In this document: positions 18,907 to 28,484 of the stretch, piece by piece
How the letters are laid out: every line of letters starts with the position of its first letter
Position numbering within the stretch: the stretch's first letter is position 1
Source of the DNA: Candidatus Marinacidobacterales bacterium
Lineage (GTDB): Bacteria; Acidobacteriota; Vicinamibacteria; Marinacidobacterales; DATDRI01
Assembly (NCBI GenBank): GCA_965226495.1
Contig: OZ245365.1
Location: 4,256,001-4,320,000, forward strand
Reading direction: 5' to 3'
Length of the DNA: 64,000 bases
Position numbers and translations under genes: made by a program
Notes under the pieces: model-generated
Database searches by the model: none
What the model saw: only the letters and a program-made list of their open reading frames with translations
What the model was told of the DNA's origin: nothing

Positions 18907-19120
18907 ACTTGACAGATTTTTCGAAGCAATTTGGAAGAGCGACCGGTCGTTCGTGTAGATACCCCTCTGAAACGCACAGGTGTGCTCTCTCGTTTCTTTT
19001 CTCAAACCTATTCATTTTCTTCATTCCAGATTCTTTTCTTTCGTCTGACGGTGCCTGGAGAGTAAGAAAATCGTCTTGATATATTTAAAGAAGCAAGATT
19101 CGAAAGAGGGGGCAACAATC
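18907..19120 (+). repeat. Conserved leader of the HNH-like gene, copy 1
   Basis: Collinear with 38682-38894; shared boxes at identical offsets. Confidence 0.75.
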
Positions 19121-20215
19121 ATGATCGAACAAATCAAAACGTACTTCGAGAGTCTCGAACGTCTGTCCACCGAAGAGCTAGATGATTCAATTGAGAAGCT
19201 TGTCCGTGCCGAGAAGCGAAACGTGGCACTCATGATTGCTCACATCGCGGAGATGGCGAGAAGGAAGGGCCATCTCGAGCGCGGGTACAAGAACTTATTC
19301 GAGTACTGTACCCGGCGCTTGAATCTAAGCGAAGGGTCGGTCGCCCGGCGGATTCAGGTGGCCAACGTCTCGCGGCGTTTCCCGCAAATACTCCTAGCGC
19401 TGGCCGAGAACCGGATGAGTCTCACCGTGGCGGGACTCCTCACGCCCGTCCTCACCGAGAGCAACGTCGAGAAGCTTCTTGACGATTGTGCGGGAATGGC
19501 CAGTCGCGAGGTCGAGGAGTACTTGGTCGCGCTCCGCCCCAAGCCCGTCTTTACTCCCTCGATTCGAAAGACACCTTCTCCGGCGGCCTCCGCCTCACCT
19601 CTGATGTTGCAGGCCGCGTCCCCCGAACCGGCTCCGACGACGCCGCGACCTGTTCCCCGGGTGTCACCGAGTATCCTCGAGCCGGCCAGGCCGGAGACCT
19701 TCAATTTTCGCTTCGCCTCCGACCGCAGGTTCAAAGAGAAGTTCGAGCGCCTGGCGGAAGTTCTTGGGGTCGATAACCCTCTGCAACACATGGCCGAGAT
19801 CATGGAGCAGGCCATGGACATCGCCCTCGACAAGAAAGACGTGAAGAGAAAGCGGGCGCGGCGACTCGCTCGGAAGTCGAGGAGCGCAGCCAATCCCGGA
19901 CAAAAACCTCGCGCGCGCGAGACTTCGCGTTACATTCCTTCACACGTTCGCGAGCGTGTTCACGAGAGAGCCGCACATCAGTGCGAATATCGGGGTCCTG
20001 ACGGCACCCGGTGTCGGTCGAGAACCGGACTCGAGATCGAGCACGCACTGCCCTTTGCGTTGTATCGAAGCCACGACGAAAGGTTTCTTAAGCTTTTCTG
20101 TCGCCCGCACAACCGTTTGAGCGCAGAGAACGTGTTTGGTGCCGCATTCATCCAAAAGAAGATCGATACTTCTCGGAGGAAATCGTCGCCAAACGACCGC
20201 GCCAACTCATCGTAG
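19121..20215 (+). CDS. Helical N-terminal (DUF222-like) plus Zn-finger/HNH-like protein, copy 1
   Basis: GYKNLFEYC..RLNLSEGSVARRI; C-terminal RYIP..VRERV...CEY..DGTRC...LEIEH..P...LFCRPHN. Confidence 0.8.
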   Translation: MIEQIKTYFESLERLSTEELDDSIEKLVRAEKRNVALMIAHIAEMARRKGHLERGYKNLFEYCTRRLNLSEGSVARRIQVANVSRRFPQILLALAENRMSLTVAGLLTPVLTESNVEKLLDDCAGMASREVEEYLVALRPKPVFTPSIRKTPSPAASASPLMLQAASPEPAPTTPRPVPRVSPSILEPARPETFNFRFASDRRFKEKFERLAEVLGVDNPLQHMAEIMEQAMDIALDKKDVKRKRARRLARKSRSAANPGQKPRARETSRYIPSHVRERVHERAAHQCEYRGPDGTRCRSRTGLEIEHALPFALYRSHDERFLKLFCRPHNRLSAENVFGAAFIQKKIDTSRRKSSPNDRANSS

Positions 20216-20260
20216 CCAGCGAAGCTGGCGGGTTAGGGAAGCCAGCCGGAATCCTGATCT

Positions 20261-21118
20261 CTACGCCCTCTCACGGGTCAAGATCGCCATGGCCACGCCG
20301 CCAAGTATCAGGGCGCTGGCGATGGCTAGCCTCGGGGACACTTGCTCAGCCAGAAACACGACGCCGCCGAAGGCGGCGAGAACCGGTACCAGGAGTTGCA
20401 CGATCGACGCTCGAGTGGTTGTTAAACCTCGAAGCACCTTGTACCAAAGGACATAGCCAAGCCCGGAAGTGAGCGTCCCGGACACGAGGGCGAGGATGAC
20501 TCCCTTTGTTTCGGCGTGAGCCAACAAGAATGCCATGGCGCTGGCGATGACCGCCAAGGGTGCGGCTCGCGCAAAGTTCGCGGCCGTGGATAAGATGGGC
20601 GCCGCCTCGCCTTTACCTCGAACCGAGTAGACGCCCCAGGCGATTCCGGAGATCGACATCAGGACCGCTCCAAGCGGATCGGGTGCCGCGGCACCTGGGG
20701 AGACAAGATAAACGAGCCCGCAAAACGCCGTGATGAGTCCGAGCCATTGGACGGGATGCGGCCGTTCCCCCGACCTCAGTCCTGCTCCGATCATCGTCGC
20801 CTGCACGCACCCAAAGAGAATGAGCGCACCCATTCCTGCATCCAAAGAGAGGTAGGCCAAAGAGAACGCGATCGCATAGACGAACAACGCCACGCCCGAG
20901 CCCCAGGATCCATGCCTCTCCTGACGACCCTGCCCGCGAGGCGCGGGTGACTCGCCCGCGAGCCGTGATATGGGAAGGAGGATGATGGCCCCGCTCACAA
21001 GGCGAAGAGTGGTAAAGGATACGGGGTCGATGAGCTCGCCGCCAAGCGCCGGACGGCACAGCAGGGAGTTCGCGGCGAACGCGATCAGCGTGACGGCGGT
21101 AAGGATTCCGATGAACAT
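20261..21118 (-). CDS. DMT/EamA family transporter
   Basis: About 10 TM segments; FAANSLLCR, FTTLRLVSGA, SGLGYVLWY, QLLVPV. Confidence 0.9.
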   Translation of the reverse strand: MFIGILTAVTLIAFAANSLLCRPALGGELIDPVSFTTLRLVSGAIILLPISRLAGESPAPRGQGRQERHGSWGSGVALFVYAIAFSLAYLSLDAGMGALILFGCVQATMIGAGLRSGERPHPVQWLGLITAFCGLVYLVSPGAAAPDPLGAVLMSISGIAWGVYSVRGKGEAAPILSTAANFARAAPLAVIASAMAFLLAHAETKGVILALVSGTLTSGLGYVLWYKVLRGLTTTRASIVQLLVPVLAAFGGVVFLAEQVSPRLAIASALILGGVAMAILTRERA

Positions 21119-21197
21119 CCAGCAGTCGCCCGCGCTCTCGAAAGCTTAATCATCCCCTCGCGCCCCTGCGAACTTCGCGCAGGATGCGCTGAGCTCA

Positions 21198-22553
21198 TCA
21201 CCGAGCGTTCGAAGTCGGCTCGGTCGCCCCTTCCATCCGCTGCAGCACGTGCTCCCGCACCCACTTGGGGTCCCACCATTCGAGTGGAGTCACCTGAACA
21301 CCCCAAAGCAAAATCGAAAAGTGCAGGTGGTCTCCCACCGCAAGACCAGTCTTCCCGGTCCGGCCCAGTGTCTGACCTTTCGACACGGACTGACCGTTCT
21401 TCACGTCGATGCTACTGAGATGTCCGTAGAGCGAGAAAAGCCCTAGCCCGTGATCCAGGATGACGCAGTTCCCGTAAATGCCGAGATAGTCAGCAAAGAC
21501 TACCTCTCCGCCGTTGGCAGCCTCCACCGGACTGCGCGCGAGCGACGCCAGATCGAACCCCAAGTGGGTCTGCTGGTCGACCTTCTCGCCATGGTAGTAG
21601 TAACTGCGGCGATCGGCGAACGAAGACTCCACTTGAGAGTTGCTGAGTTGCTGGAACGGTTCGTTCCACAGGCGGGTCGATCTTGAGGTCGAGGTTATCT
21701 CGTCGATGCGCTCCTCCGTGATGGTGCGCAGCTCGCTGTTGATGGCCACGAAGGTTTCACGCGGCGTCTGACCGGGTTCGATATCCTTGGTATGAGACAG
21801 GATCTTCGGGGCAATCTCTTCAATGAGGCTATCGCTCACTTCGATACGACGCTGGCGGAACTCGCGAGGAAACGTCTTGATCCAAAAGTCTGTCTCACTG
21901 CCGTTTCCGGCACGGTCTTCGGCCCATGCCACGATGGGGGCTTCGGGTGACTCGTCGTAGGGCAGAGCAAAAAGGCACACATGAGTGCCTTCGGATTGAC
22001 CACCGAGGGGAAATCCCGAGAAAACACGATCCCCGACCCGAACCCCCGAGGCGGCATCACCCTCCGATATGCGGTAAATCACGGCCTCGGAGCCCCCTTG
22101 TCGCAGGTAATGTTGACTCGAGAGCACTTCGATGCGCGGCGGCGTCAGGTCGAGGGTGAGAGCGCGCACATCTACGACGTCCCTGCGAAAGAACCAGAGG
22201 TTCGCCTGATCGGCGACCGACACCGCGATTTCGAACTCCCCTTCTTGCAGTGAGGCCTTCTCCCTCAGGCTCTTGGCATCGATGACGATCTCCTCCCGCA
22301 GCGGGCGCTGCTGCCAGGGAAACCAGCTCCTCGAGTACACACGGGAGAAAACGGTCTCGAGGTTGCCATTCTGCCTCACCTCGACCGAGATGCTGCGCAG
22401 TCCTCTCCCCTCGTCTTTCACGGTGAGCCCCAGCTCGGAACCCTCTCCGAGAAACTCTGAACCGCTCCAGTTGACCGTCGGCGGCGAAGCATCCCAAAAC
22501 CAGACAATCACAAGCAGCAGAATCAAGGCGACGGCGAATTGGAGATATCTCAT
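21198..22553 (-). CDS. M23 family metallopeptidase
   Basis: HLGFD, SLYGHLS, GDHLHF motifs. Confidence 0.92.
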   Translation of the reverse strand: MRYLQFAVALILLLVIVWFWDASPPTVNWSGSEFLGEGSELGLTVKDEGRGLRSISVEVRQNGNLETVFSRVYSRSWFPWQQRPLREEIVIDAKSLREKASLQEGEFEIAVSVADQANLWFFRRDVVDVRALTLDLTPPRIEVLSSQHYLRQGGSEAVIYRISEGDAASGVRVGDRVFSGFPLGGQSEGTHVCLFALPYDESPEAPIVAWAEDRAGNGSETDFWIKTFPREFRQRRIEVSDSLIEEIAPKILSHTKDIEPGQTPRETFVAINSELRTITEERIDEITSTSRSTRLWNEPFQQLSNSQVESSFADRRSYYYHGEKVDQQTHLGFDLASLARSPVEAANGGEVVFADYLGIYGNCVILDHGLGLFSLYGHLSSIDVKNGQSVSKGQTLGRTGKTGLAVGDHLHFSILLWGVQVTPLEWWDPKWVREHVLQRMEGATEPTSNAR

Positions 22554-22567
22554 TGCGCTTCAGAACC

Positions 22568-23731
22568 TCACTTCACGAAGTGACCGTCTTTTACCCAAAT
22601 GTCACCGTCGACCGTCACCGTCGTATCGGTGAAGAAATTCCACCGCACGTAGCCGCCACCGACGTTACCGCCGAGCTCGCTGTTATCGCCCAAAGACAGC
22701 CGCACGACGCCGGCTCCGTAGCCGTAGTAGGGGATCCATGGGGAGCGTTCCGGCACCGCTAGCTCGGGATTGAAGCCCAGTGCGAACTCACGAAAGGCCC
22801 GCGCGGCGTCTCCAGCTTGGCTCATCTCGGCTTCCACGGCGTCGCGACCGGTGTCGGCATCGATGCGGACAACTCGGCCCTTCTCGAACCGAAGTTTCAA
22901 CCCGGTCACCGGACGACCGTCCCACTGCGAGGGTGGGAACGCGATCGTACCTTCCACTGTTTCCTCGAGGGGTGCTACGCGAACCGCACCCGAAGGGAGC
23001 TCGATCTCGCGATCAATAAGAATGACTGCGCGGCTCGCACGTTCGGGAGAAGCATCGCCGTTCTGGAGACAAACCGGACGTTGACCAATGCGAAACTTCA
23101 GATCGGTCCCGAGCGGTGACGTCACGCGCACTTCTCCGGAACGCATCGCTGATTCGAAACTGTTTTGGTTTTGGTCCAACGTCCGATAGTCCACATGCAG
23201 CAGCGCATTCTGATACGTCGATTCCATGATCCAGCGTTGCGGAAGCGGCTGGCCAGGTATGGCGACGGCACTGCGATTCTCCAACCAATGGAAGTGGATG
23301 GTTCGGCCTCGACCCTCCCGAAGCAGATCCTGAATGGCGGCGTAAGCGGGTTGACTTGGAATGGCGCCAGGGAGCATGACCGACGCATCGACATCGCGAA
23401 ACATGTCTCGGTAGGATTCCCTCGCGGACCGAAGAGCAGGACTCAATATACTTCGATCCCAGTCAGACGGTATGGGTTGTTCTAGTGCGTCAACGATACC
23501 CATATCGACCGCTCCGGACTTCATGACCGCATAGCGGAAGTGAGGGATTACCTCGCGAAATGTTCCGGGGTGGGCAAGCGCAACGACCTTCTCACCCGGC
23601 TCAAGGTCTAACCGTTCGACGATCCGCTCGGCAATCGCCTTCCAGTCTAGGGTGAGCTCGGGAGGAGGTGCCTGGGCAAACGCTGACGAGGTCACGGCAA
23701 GCGCGGTTAGAAGAAGTACTTGGAGGCGCAT
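22568..23731 (-). CDS. Exported M29 aminopeptidase-like protein with degenerate metal site
   Basis: GTDLKF, ELPSGAV, LRFEKGRVV, REFALGFNP. Confidence 0.65.
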   Translation of the reverse strand: MRLQVLLLTALAVTSSAFAQAPPPELTLDWKAIAERIVERLDLEPGEKVVALAHPGTFREVIPHFRYAVMKSGAVDMGIVDALEQPIPSDWDRSILSPALRSARESYRDMFRDVDASVMLPGAIPSQPAYAAIQDLLREGRGRTIHFHWLENRSAVAIPGQPLPQRWIMESTYQNALLHVDYRTLDQNQNSFESAMRSGEVRVTSPLGTDLKFRIGQRPVCLQNGDASPERASRAVILIDREIELPSGAVRVAPLEETVEGTIAFPPSQWDGRPVTGLKLRFEKGRVVRIDADTGRDAVEAEMSQAGDAARAFREFALGFNPELAVPERSPWIPYYGYGAGVVRLSLGDNSELGGNVGGGYVRWNFFTDTTVTVDGDIWVKDGHFVK

Positions 23732-23740
23732 GGGAGCTCC

Positions 23741-23944
23741 CTAGTCGGGTTTCTTGTTGGCAATGAGCCAGCCGATGAAGAAAACGAGGGCCCCTGTCCC
23801 GGTCATGCCAAGCATGGCTTTCATCTCCCCGCTCCCAAAGAAAAGGAGCCCCGAAGCCGTCACCAAGAAGAGCCCGAAGAGCTCGAGGCCACGACCGATG
23901 TAATATCGAGACCAGCCCGCATAATTGACCCGTTTCCCGGCCAC
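23741..23944 (-). CDS. Small 2-TM membrane protein coupled to mutL
   Basis: GTG start overlaps the mutL TAG (TAGTG); two hydrophobic helices. Confidence 0.6.
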   Translation of the reverse strand: MAGKRVNYAGWSRYYIGRGLELFGLFLVTASGLLFFGSGEMKAMLGMTGTGALVFFIGWLIANKKPD

Positions 23945-25722
23945 TAGATCCTTCCGAAGTTTTTCTCGATTTGCTCGCGACCGAGCCTGAGAGTGGTGGG
24001 TCGACCATGGGGGCAAACGGTTGGCTGCCTCGCTCTCCATAGCCGATCGAGGATGAAACGAATTTTCTCCGGAGCGAGCGAGTTGTTGACTTTGATCGCA
24101 GCGTGGCACGCGATACGAGCGGCGATTCTTCCCTCCGCTTCGGCGATCGAAGACCCTTGGCAATCCTGCTCTCGCTCCGCGAGAGCGGACCGTATCAGCT
24201 TGCCGGCATCCAAGCCGGAAAGGGGCGCCGGAACCGCTCGGACCACATAGCTTCTGCCACCGAAGTGCTCGATCTCGAAACCATACGATCGGATCCGAAT
24301 CATCTCTTCATCGAGCGTAATCTGCTCGGCTACGGAGAACTCGAGCTGCAGTGGAGTGAGAAGAAGTTGTTGTTGTGGCCGCTCCTGGTCAGGTCGCGCC
24401 AGAAGCTCCTCGTACAGAATGCGCTCGTGGGCCGCGTGCTGGTCGACGAGCCATACGCTTTCGTCATCGGTCGCCAGGATAAAGCTTTCTCGGAACTGAC
24501 CGAGTGGCGTCGGAGGAAATTCCGCAAACTCCGCGAATGTCTGCGGCATGGCCTGCTGGACCTGTTGAGCGCCGCCCACGCCCAACACGGCCTCCGCTAG
24601 GGCCATTCCACCCGCGTAAGGTGCTCCCCGATCCGCGACCTGCGTCGTCCGCCCCGGCCACCTACCGATTTCACCAAGCGCCGTGGGTGCAGTCGCCGGC
24701 GCCCAATCCCTTCCTACCGCCAGCTCTGGTGCCCTCCCCTCAGCGTGGAGCGCATTGCGCACCACAGAGAACACCGAATCGTGGACGAACTGTTGATCGA
24801 CGAAGCGCACTTCCGACTTCCCCGGATGCACGTTGACGTCCAGCTTGTCGGGCGAGAGCTCCAGAAAAAGGTAGAGCAACGGCGTACCCTGTTTAGTCGA
24901 TACCTGGCGATAGGCCTCGAGCACGGCATGGGTGAGGATTCGATCTTTGACGGATCGCCCGTTGACGAAGAGGTGAAGACGGGTCGCCGTTCCCCGTGCT
25001 TCGGCCGGTGGAGAAAGCCATGCCGTTAAGTGAAGCCCCCCCACCGACTCATCGAGAGACACCGCACCTTCCACCCAACCTCCCTCCAGTTGGAAGATTC
25101 TTTCTCTCCTCGCTGCTACCGGTGGGGTGTCGAGCACCTTCCGGCCGCGATGCTCGAGACGGAAGTGAACCTCGGGGTGAGCCGCAGCCAGGTTCGACAT
25201 CAAGGCTGCGATGTGTGACGACTCGGTGCCATCGGTGCGAAGAAACTTCCGTCGGGCGGGTACGTTGAAGAAAAGGCGGCGGACGTCCACGATGGTTCCA
25301 CGTGGCAGGCCGATCTCACCCTCTCGGATGATACTTCCCCCTTCCACTACGATCTCGCGGCCGGCGGCACTTTCCTCGTCGCGCGTGCGGAGCGTGAAAT
25401 GAGAAACCGATGCGATGGCAGGAAGAGCCTCACCACGGAAACCCAAAGTATTGATTTGTGAAAGCTGTTCCACCGCCTGTATCTTGCTCGTGGCGTGTCG
25501 TTCGAGGGCGAGCCGGGCGTCTTCCGGATCCATGCCGACACCATCGTCGACGACCCGGATGCGATCCTTGCCGCTTTTTTCGATGAGGACCGAAATGGAG
25601 CGGGCCGAGGCGTCGAGGGAGTTCTCGACGAGCTCTTTAACGACCGAGGATGGCCGTTCTACGACCTCACCCGCCGCGATCTGGCTGGCCAGTGCTTCGG
25701 GTAATACTCTGACCTTGGACAC
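23944..25722 (-). CDS. mutL: DNA mismatch repair endonuclease MutL
   Basis: IAAGEVVERP, GFRGEAL, DQHAAHERILYE, ACH, CPHGRP. Confidence 0.97.
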   Translation of the reverse strand: MSKVRVLPEALASQIAAGEVVERPSSVVKELVENSLDASARSISVLIEKSGKDRIRVVDDGVGMDPEDARLALERHATSKIQAVEQLSQINTLGFRGEALPAIASVSHFTLRTRDEESAAGREIVVEGGSIIREGEIGLPRGTIVDVRRLFFNVPARRKFLRTDGTESSHIAALMSNLAAAHPEVHFRLEHRGRKVLDTPPVAARRERIFQLEGGWVEGAVSLDESVGGLHLTAWLSPPAEARGTATRLHLFVNGRSVKDRILTHAVLEAYRQVSTKQGTPLLYLFLELSPDKLDVNVHPGKSEVRFVDQQFVHDSVFSVVRNALHAEGRAPELAVGRDWAPATAPTALGEIGRWPGRTTQVADRGAPYAGGMALAEAVLGVGGAQQVQQAMPQTFAEFAEFPPTPLGQFRESFILATDDESVWLVDQHAAHERILYEELLARPDQERPQQQLLLTPLQLEFSVAEQITLDEEMIRIRSYGFEIEHFGGRSYVVRAVPAPLSGLDAGKLIRSALAEREQDCQGSSIAEAEGRIAARIACHAAIKVNNSLAPEKIRFILDRLWRARQPTVCPHGRPTTLRLGREQIEKNFGRI

Positions 25723-25724
25723 GC

Positions 25725-28484
25725 CTACTTCGCGGCTTTCTCGACCTTCACGGCTGTATCGCTCTTCACTTCCTTCTCAACCTCCGCGGCCTCTTCCAAA
25801 GCGGCTTGTGCGGCAGCCAACCGTGCTATCGGCACGCGGTACGGCGAGCAACTCACGTAGTCGAGTCCGATACCGTGAAAGAAGCGGATGGAGTCTGGCT
25901 CGCCACCATGCTCTCCGCAAATACCGACCTTCAGGTTGGGCCGCGCTCGCCGACCACTTTCGGTAGCGGCGCGCACCAAGGTCCCCACTGCTTTCACATC
26001 GATACTCTCGAAGGGGTCCCTCCCCAGAATACCCATCTTAAAATAGACAGGGAGGAACTTACCGACATCGTCGCGGGAAAAACCGAAGGTCATCTGCGTC
26101 AGGTCGTTGGTGCCGAAAGAGAAAAACTCCGCCTGCCCAGCGATTTCATCCGCAGTCAAAGCCGCCCGCGGCAACTCGATCATGGTTCCGACTTGATAGT
26201 CGACATCGATCTTCTCCGCCGTCATCACCTCCCGGGCCACCTCGTCCACGATTTTCTTCTGTTCCTCGAACTCCTTCACCATCCCCACCAGCGGGATCAT
26301 GACTTCCGGCTTGGGGTCGCCGCCTTCCTTGGTGACGAGACAGGCCGCCTCGAAAATAGCACGGGTTTGCATGCGGGTGATCTCAGGATAGGTGATCCCC
26401 AGGCGACATCCCCGGTGGCCGAGCATGGGGTTGAACTCGTGGAGTTGCTCCACCCGAACGAGTAGATTTTCGAGCCGTTCCACCTTCGTGCGGTTCCGAA
26501 TCTTTCCCAAGGTGAGCTCGGCGATCTGGCGCATGAGGTTCTCGCGCTTGGGAAGGAACTCGTGGAGCGGCGGATCGAGTAAGCGGATTGTGACCGGCAA
26601 ACCCTTCATCACACGAAAAAGACCCACGAAGTCGTCGCGCTGGAGAGGCGCCAGTTGGTCGAGATGTTTCTTCCGCTCCTTGGTCGTGGTGGCCAGAATC
26701 ATTTTTTCTACGATCGGAAGCCGAGCCTCGGCGAAGAACATGTGTTCGGTGCGACACAACCCGATACCACGGGCGCCGAATGCCAAGGCGGTTGCCGCAT
26801 CCGTGGGTACGTCGGCATTGGCGCGAATGCCCAAGTGCCGCTCCGCGTCGGCCCACTCGAGGAGGGTGGCGAAATCTCGGTACATCTTGGATTTCTCCGG
26901 AGCCAGCTTTCCCTGCACGACCTGGATGATCTCGGAAGGCACGGTCGCCACCTCGGCAAGCATCACCTCGCCGGTCGAACCGTCGATCGATATGACATCG
27001 CCCTCATTGATGGAAGTGCCGTTGATCTCGAGCTGTCTGGCAGCCAGATCGATGCGGAGGCCGCCGCAACCCACCACGGCGGGCTTTCCCATCTGCCGGC
27101 CTACCACCGCGGCGTGAGAAGTGCGGCCCCCGGTCACGGTGAGAATACCCTGCGCAGCGCTCATTCCATGAACGTCGTCAGGAGATGTTTCCGTGCGAAC
27201 TAGGAGCACCCGCTTCCCGGAAATCGCCCACTCCACAGCATCGTCCGCGTCGAAGACGACCTGGCCCGATGCGGCGCCCGGTGAGGCGGGAATGCCCTTG
27301 GCCACCGATTTGATGTCTTGGCGCGCTTTTGGATCGAAGAGCGGATGCAGAAGCTGATTCAAGGACCTGGGCTCGACTCGAAGGAGCGCCTCCTTCGGCG
27401 TAATGATCCCTTCCTCCACCATGTCCACCGCGATGCGAACCGCCGCCGGCCCGGTTCGCTTACCGCTCCGGGTCTGGAGCATGTAGAGCTTGCCTTCCTC
27501 GATCGTGAACTCGAAGTCTTGAACGTCTCGGTAATGTCGCTCGAGTCTCTCGCCGATGCCCTTCAGCTCTTTGTACGCTTCCGGTAAGACGTTTTCGAGC
27601 TCGCAAATAAGCTGAGGAGTCCGGATGCCGGCTACCACGTCCTCTCCCTGAGCATTCACCAGGAACTCACCGAAGAACTCTTTCTCTCCGGTTGCCGGGT
27701 CTCGTGTGAAACCCACGCCCGTTGCGGAACGCGGCCCCAGATTCCCAAAAACCATCTTCTGGACGTTCACGCCCGTTCCGAGGTTTTCGGGAATGTGGTA
27801 AATCCTCCGGTACTCTTTGGCCCGCGGGTTGTTCCAACTCTTGAAGACCGCGTCTCTCGCTAGAACGAGTTGTTGGCGGGTGTCTTGCGGAAACTCTTCG
27901 CCGGTATCTTTTTTCACCAAAGCTTTGAAGCGCTCGACCACTTCCTTGAGATGCGCCTCGTCTAACTCGGAATCGGTCTCGACGCCCGTCGATCGCTTGA
28001 CCACCTCGAGCAGAGTCTCGAAGAAGGAAGACTTGATGCCGAGCACCACAGCCCCGAACATCTGGATGAAGCGGCGGTAGCTGTCGAAGGCAAACCGACC
28101 GTCTCCGGAGGCGCGCCGCAAGCCCTCAACGGTCGTGTCGTTCATGCCGAGATTGAGAATCGTGTCCATCATTCCGGGCATGGAGAACTTGGCACCGCTG
28201 CGAACGGAGAGGAGGAGTGGTTTCTCCGGGTCACCGAGCCTTTGCCCGACAGAGTCTTCGAGTCGGGTCAACGTCACGAGAAACTCGCGCTCGATTTCGT
28301 CGGGTAGCTTCTGGTGTCGTGAGTATATGCGGCAGGCCTCGGTGGAGAGCGTAAACCCCGGCGGTACGGGCAGGCCGGCGTTCGTCATCTCAGCCAGACC
28401 CGCGCCCTTTCCCCCCAGGACGTCCTTCATGTCCCGGTGGCCGTCAGCCTTACCGTCGCCAAAGTAATAGACGTATTGCGGCAT
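25725..28484 (-). CDS. ppdK: Pyruvate, phosphate dikinase
   Basis: LGGKGAGLAEM, GGRTSHAAVV, GIGLCRTEHMF, FSFGTNDLTQ. Confidence 0.97.
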   Translation of the reverse strand: MPQYVYYFGDGKADGHRDMKDVLGGKGAGLAEMTNAGLPVPPGFTLSTEACRIYSRHQKLPDEIEREFLVTLTRLEDSVGQRLGDPEKPLLLSVRSGAKFSMPGMMDTILNLGMNDTTVEGLRRASGDGRFAFDSYRRFIQMFGAVVLGIKSSFFETLLEVVKRSTGVETDSELDEAHLKEVVERFKALVKKDTGEEFPQDTRQQLVLARDAVFKSWNNPRAKEYRRIYHIPENLGTGVNVQKMVFGNLGPRSATGVGFTRDPATGEKEFFGEFLVNAQGEDVVAGIRTPQLICELENVLPEAYKELKGIGERLERHYRDVQDFEFTIEEGKLYMLQTRSGKRTGPAAVRIAVDMVEEGIITPKEALLRVEPRSLNQLLHPLFDPKARQDIKSVAKGIPASPGAASGQVVFDADDAVEWAISGKRVLLVRTETSPDDVHGMSAAQGILTVTGGRTSHAAVVGRQMGKPAVVGCGGLRIDLAARQLEINGTSINEGDVISIDGSTGEVMLAEVATVPSEIIQVVQGKLAPEKSKMYRDFATLLEWADAERHLGIRANADVPTDAATALAFGARGIGLCRTEHMFFAEARLPIVEKMILATTTKERKKHLDQLAPLQRDDFVGLFRVMKGLPVTIRLLDPPLHEFLPKRENLMRQIAELTLGKIRNRTKVERLENLLVRVEQLHEFNPMLGHRGCRLGITYPEITRMQTRAIFEAACLVTKEGGDPKPEVMIPLVGMVKEFEEQKKIVDEVAREVMTAEKIDVDYQVGTMIELPRAALTADEIAGQAEFFSFGTNDLTQMTFGFSRDDVGKFLPVYFKMGILGRDPFESIDVKAVGTLVRAATESGRRARPNLKVGICGEHGGEPDSIRFFHGIGLDYVSCSPYRVPIARLAAAQAALEEAAEVEKEVKSDTAVKVEKAAK

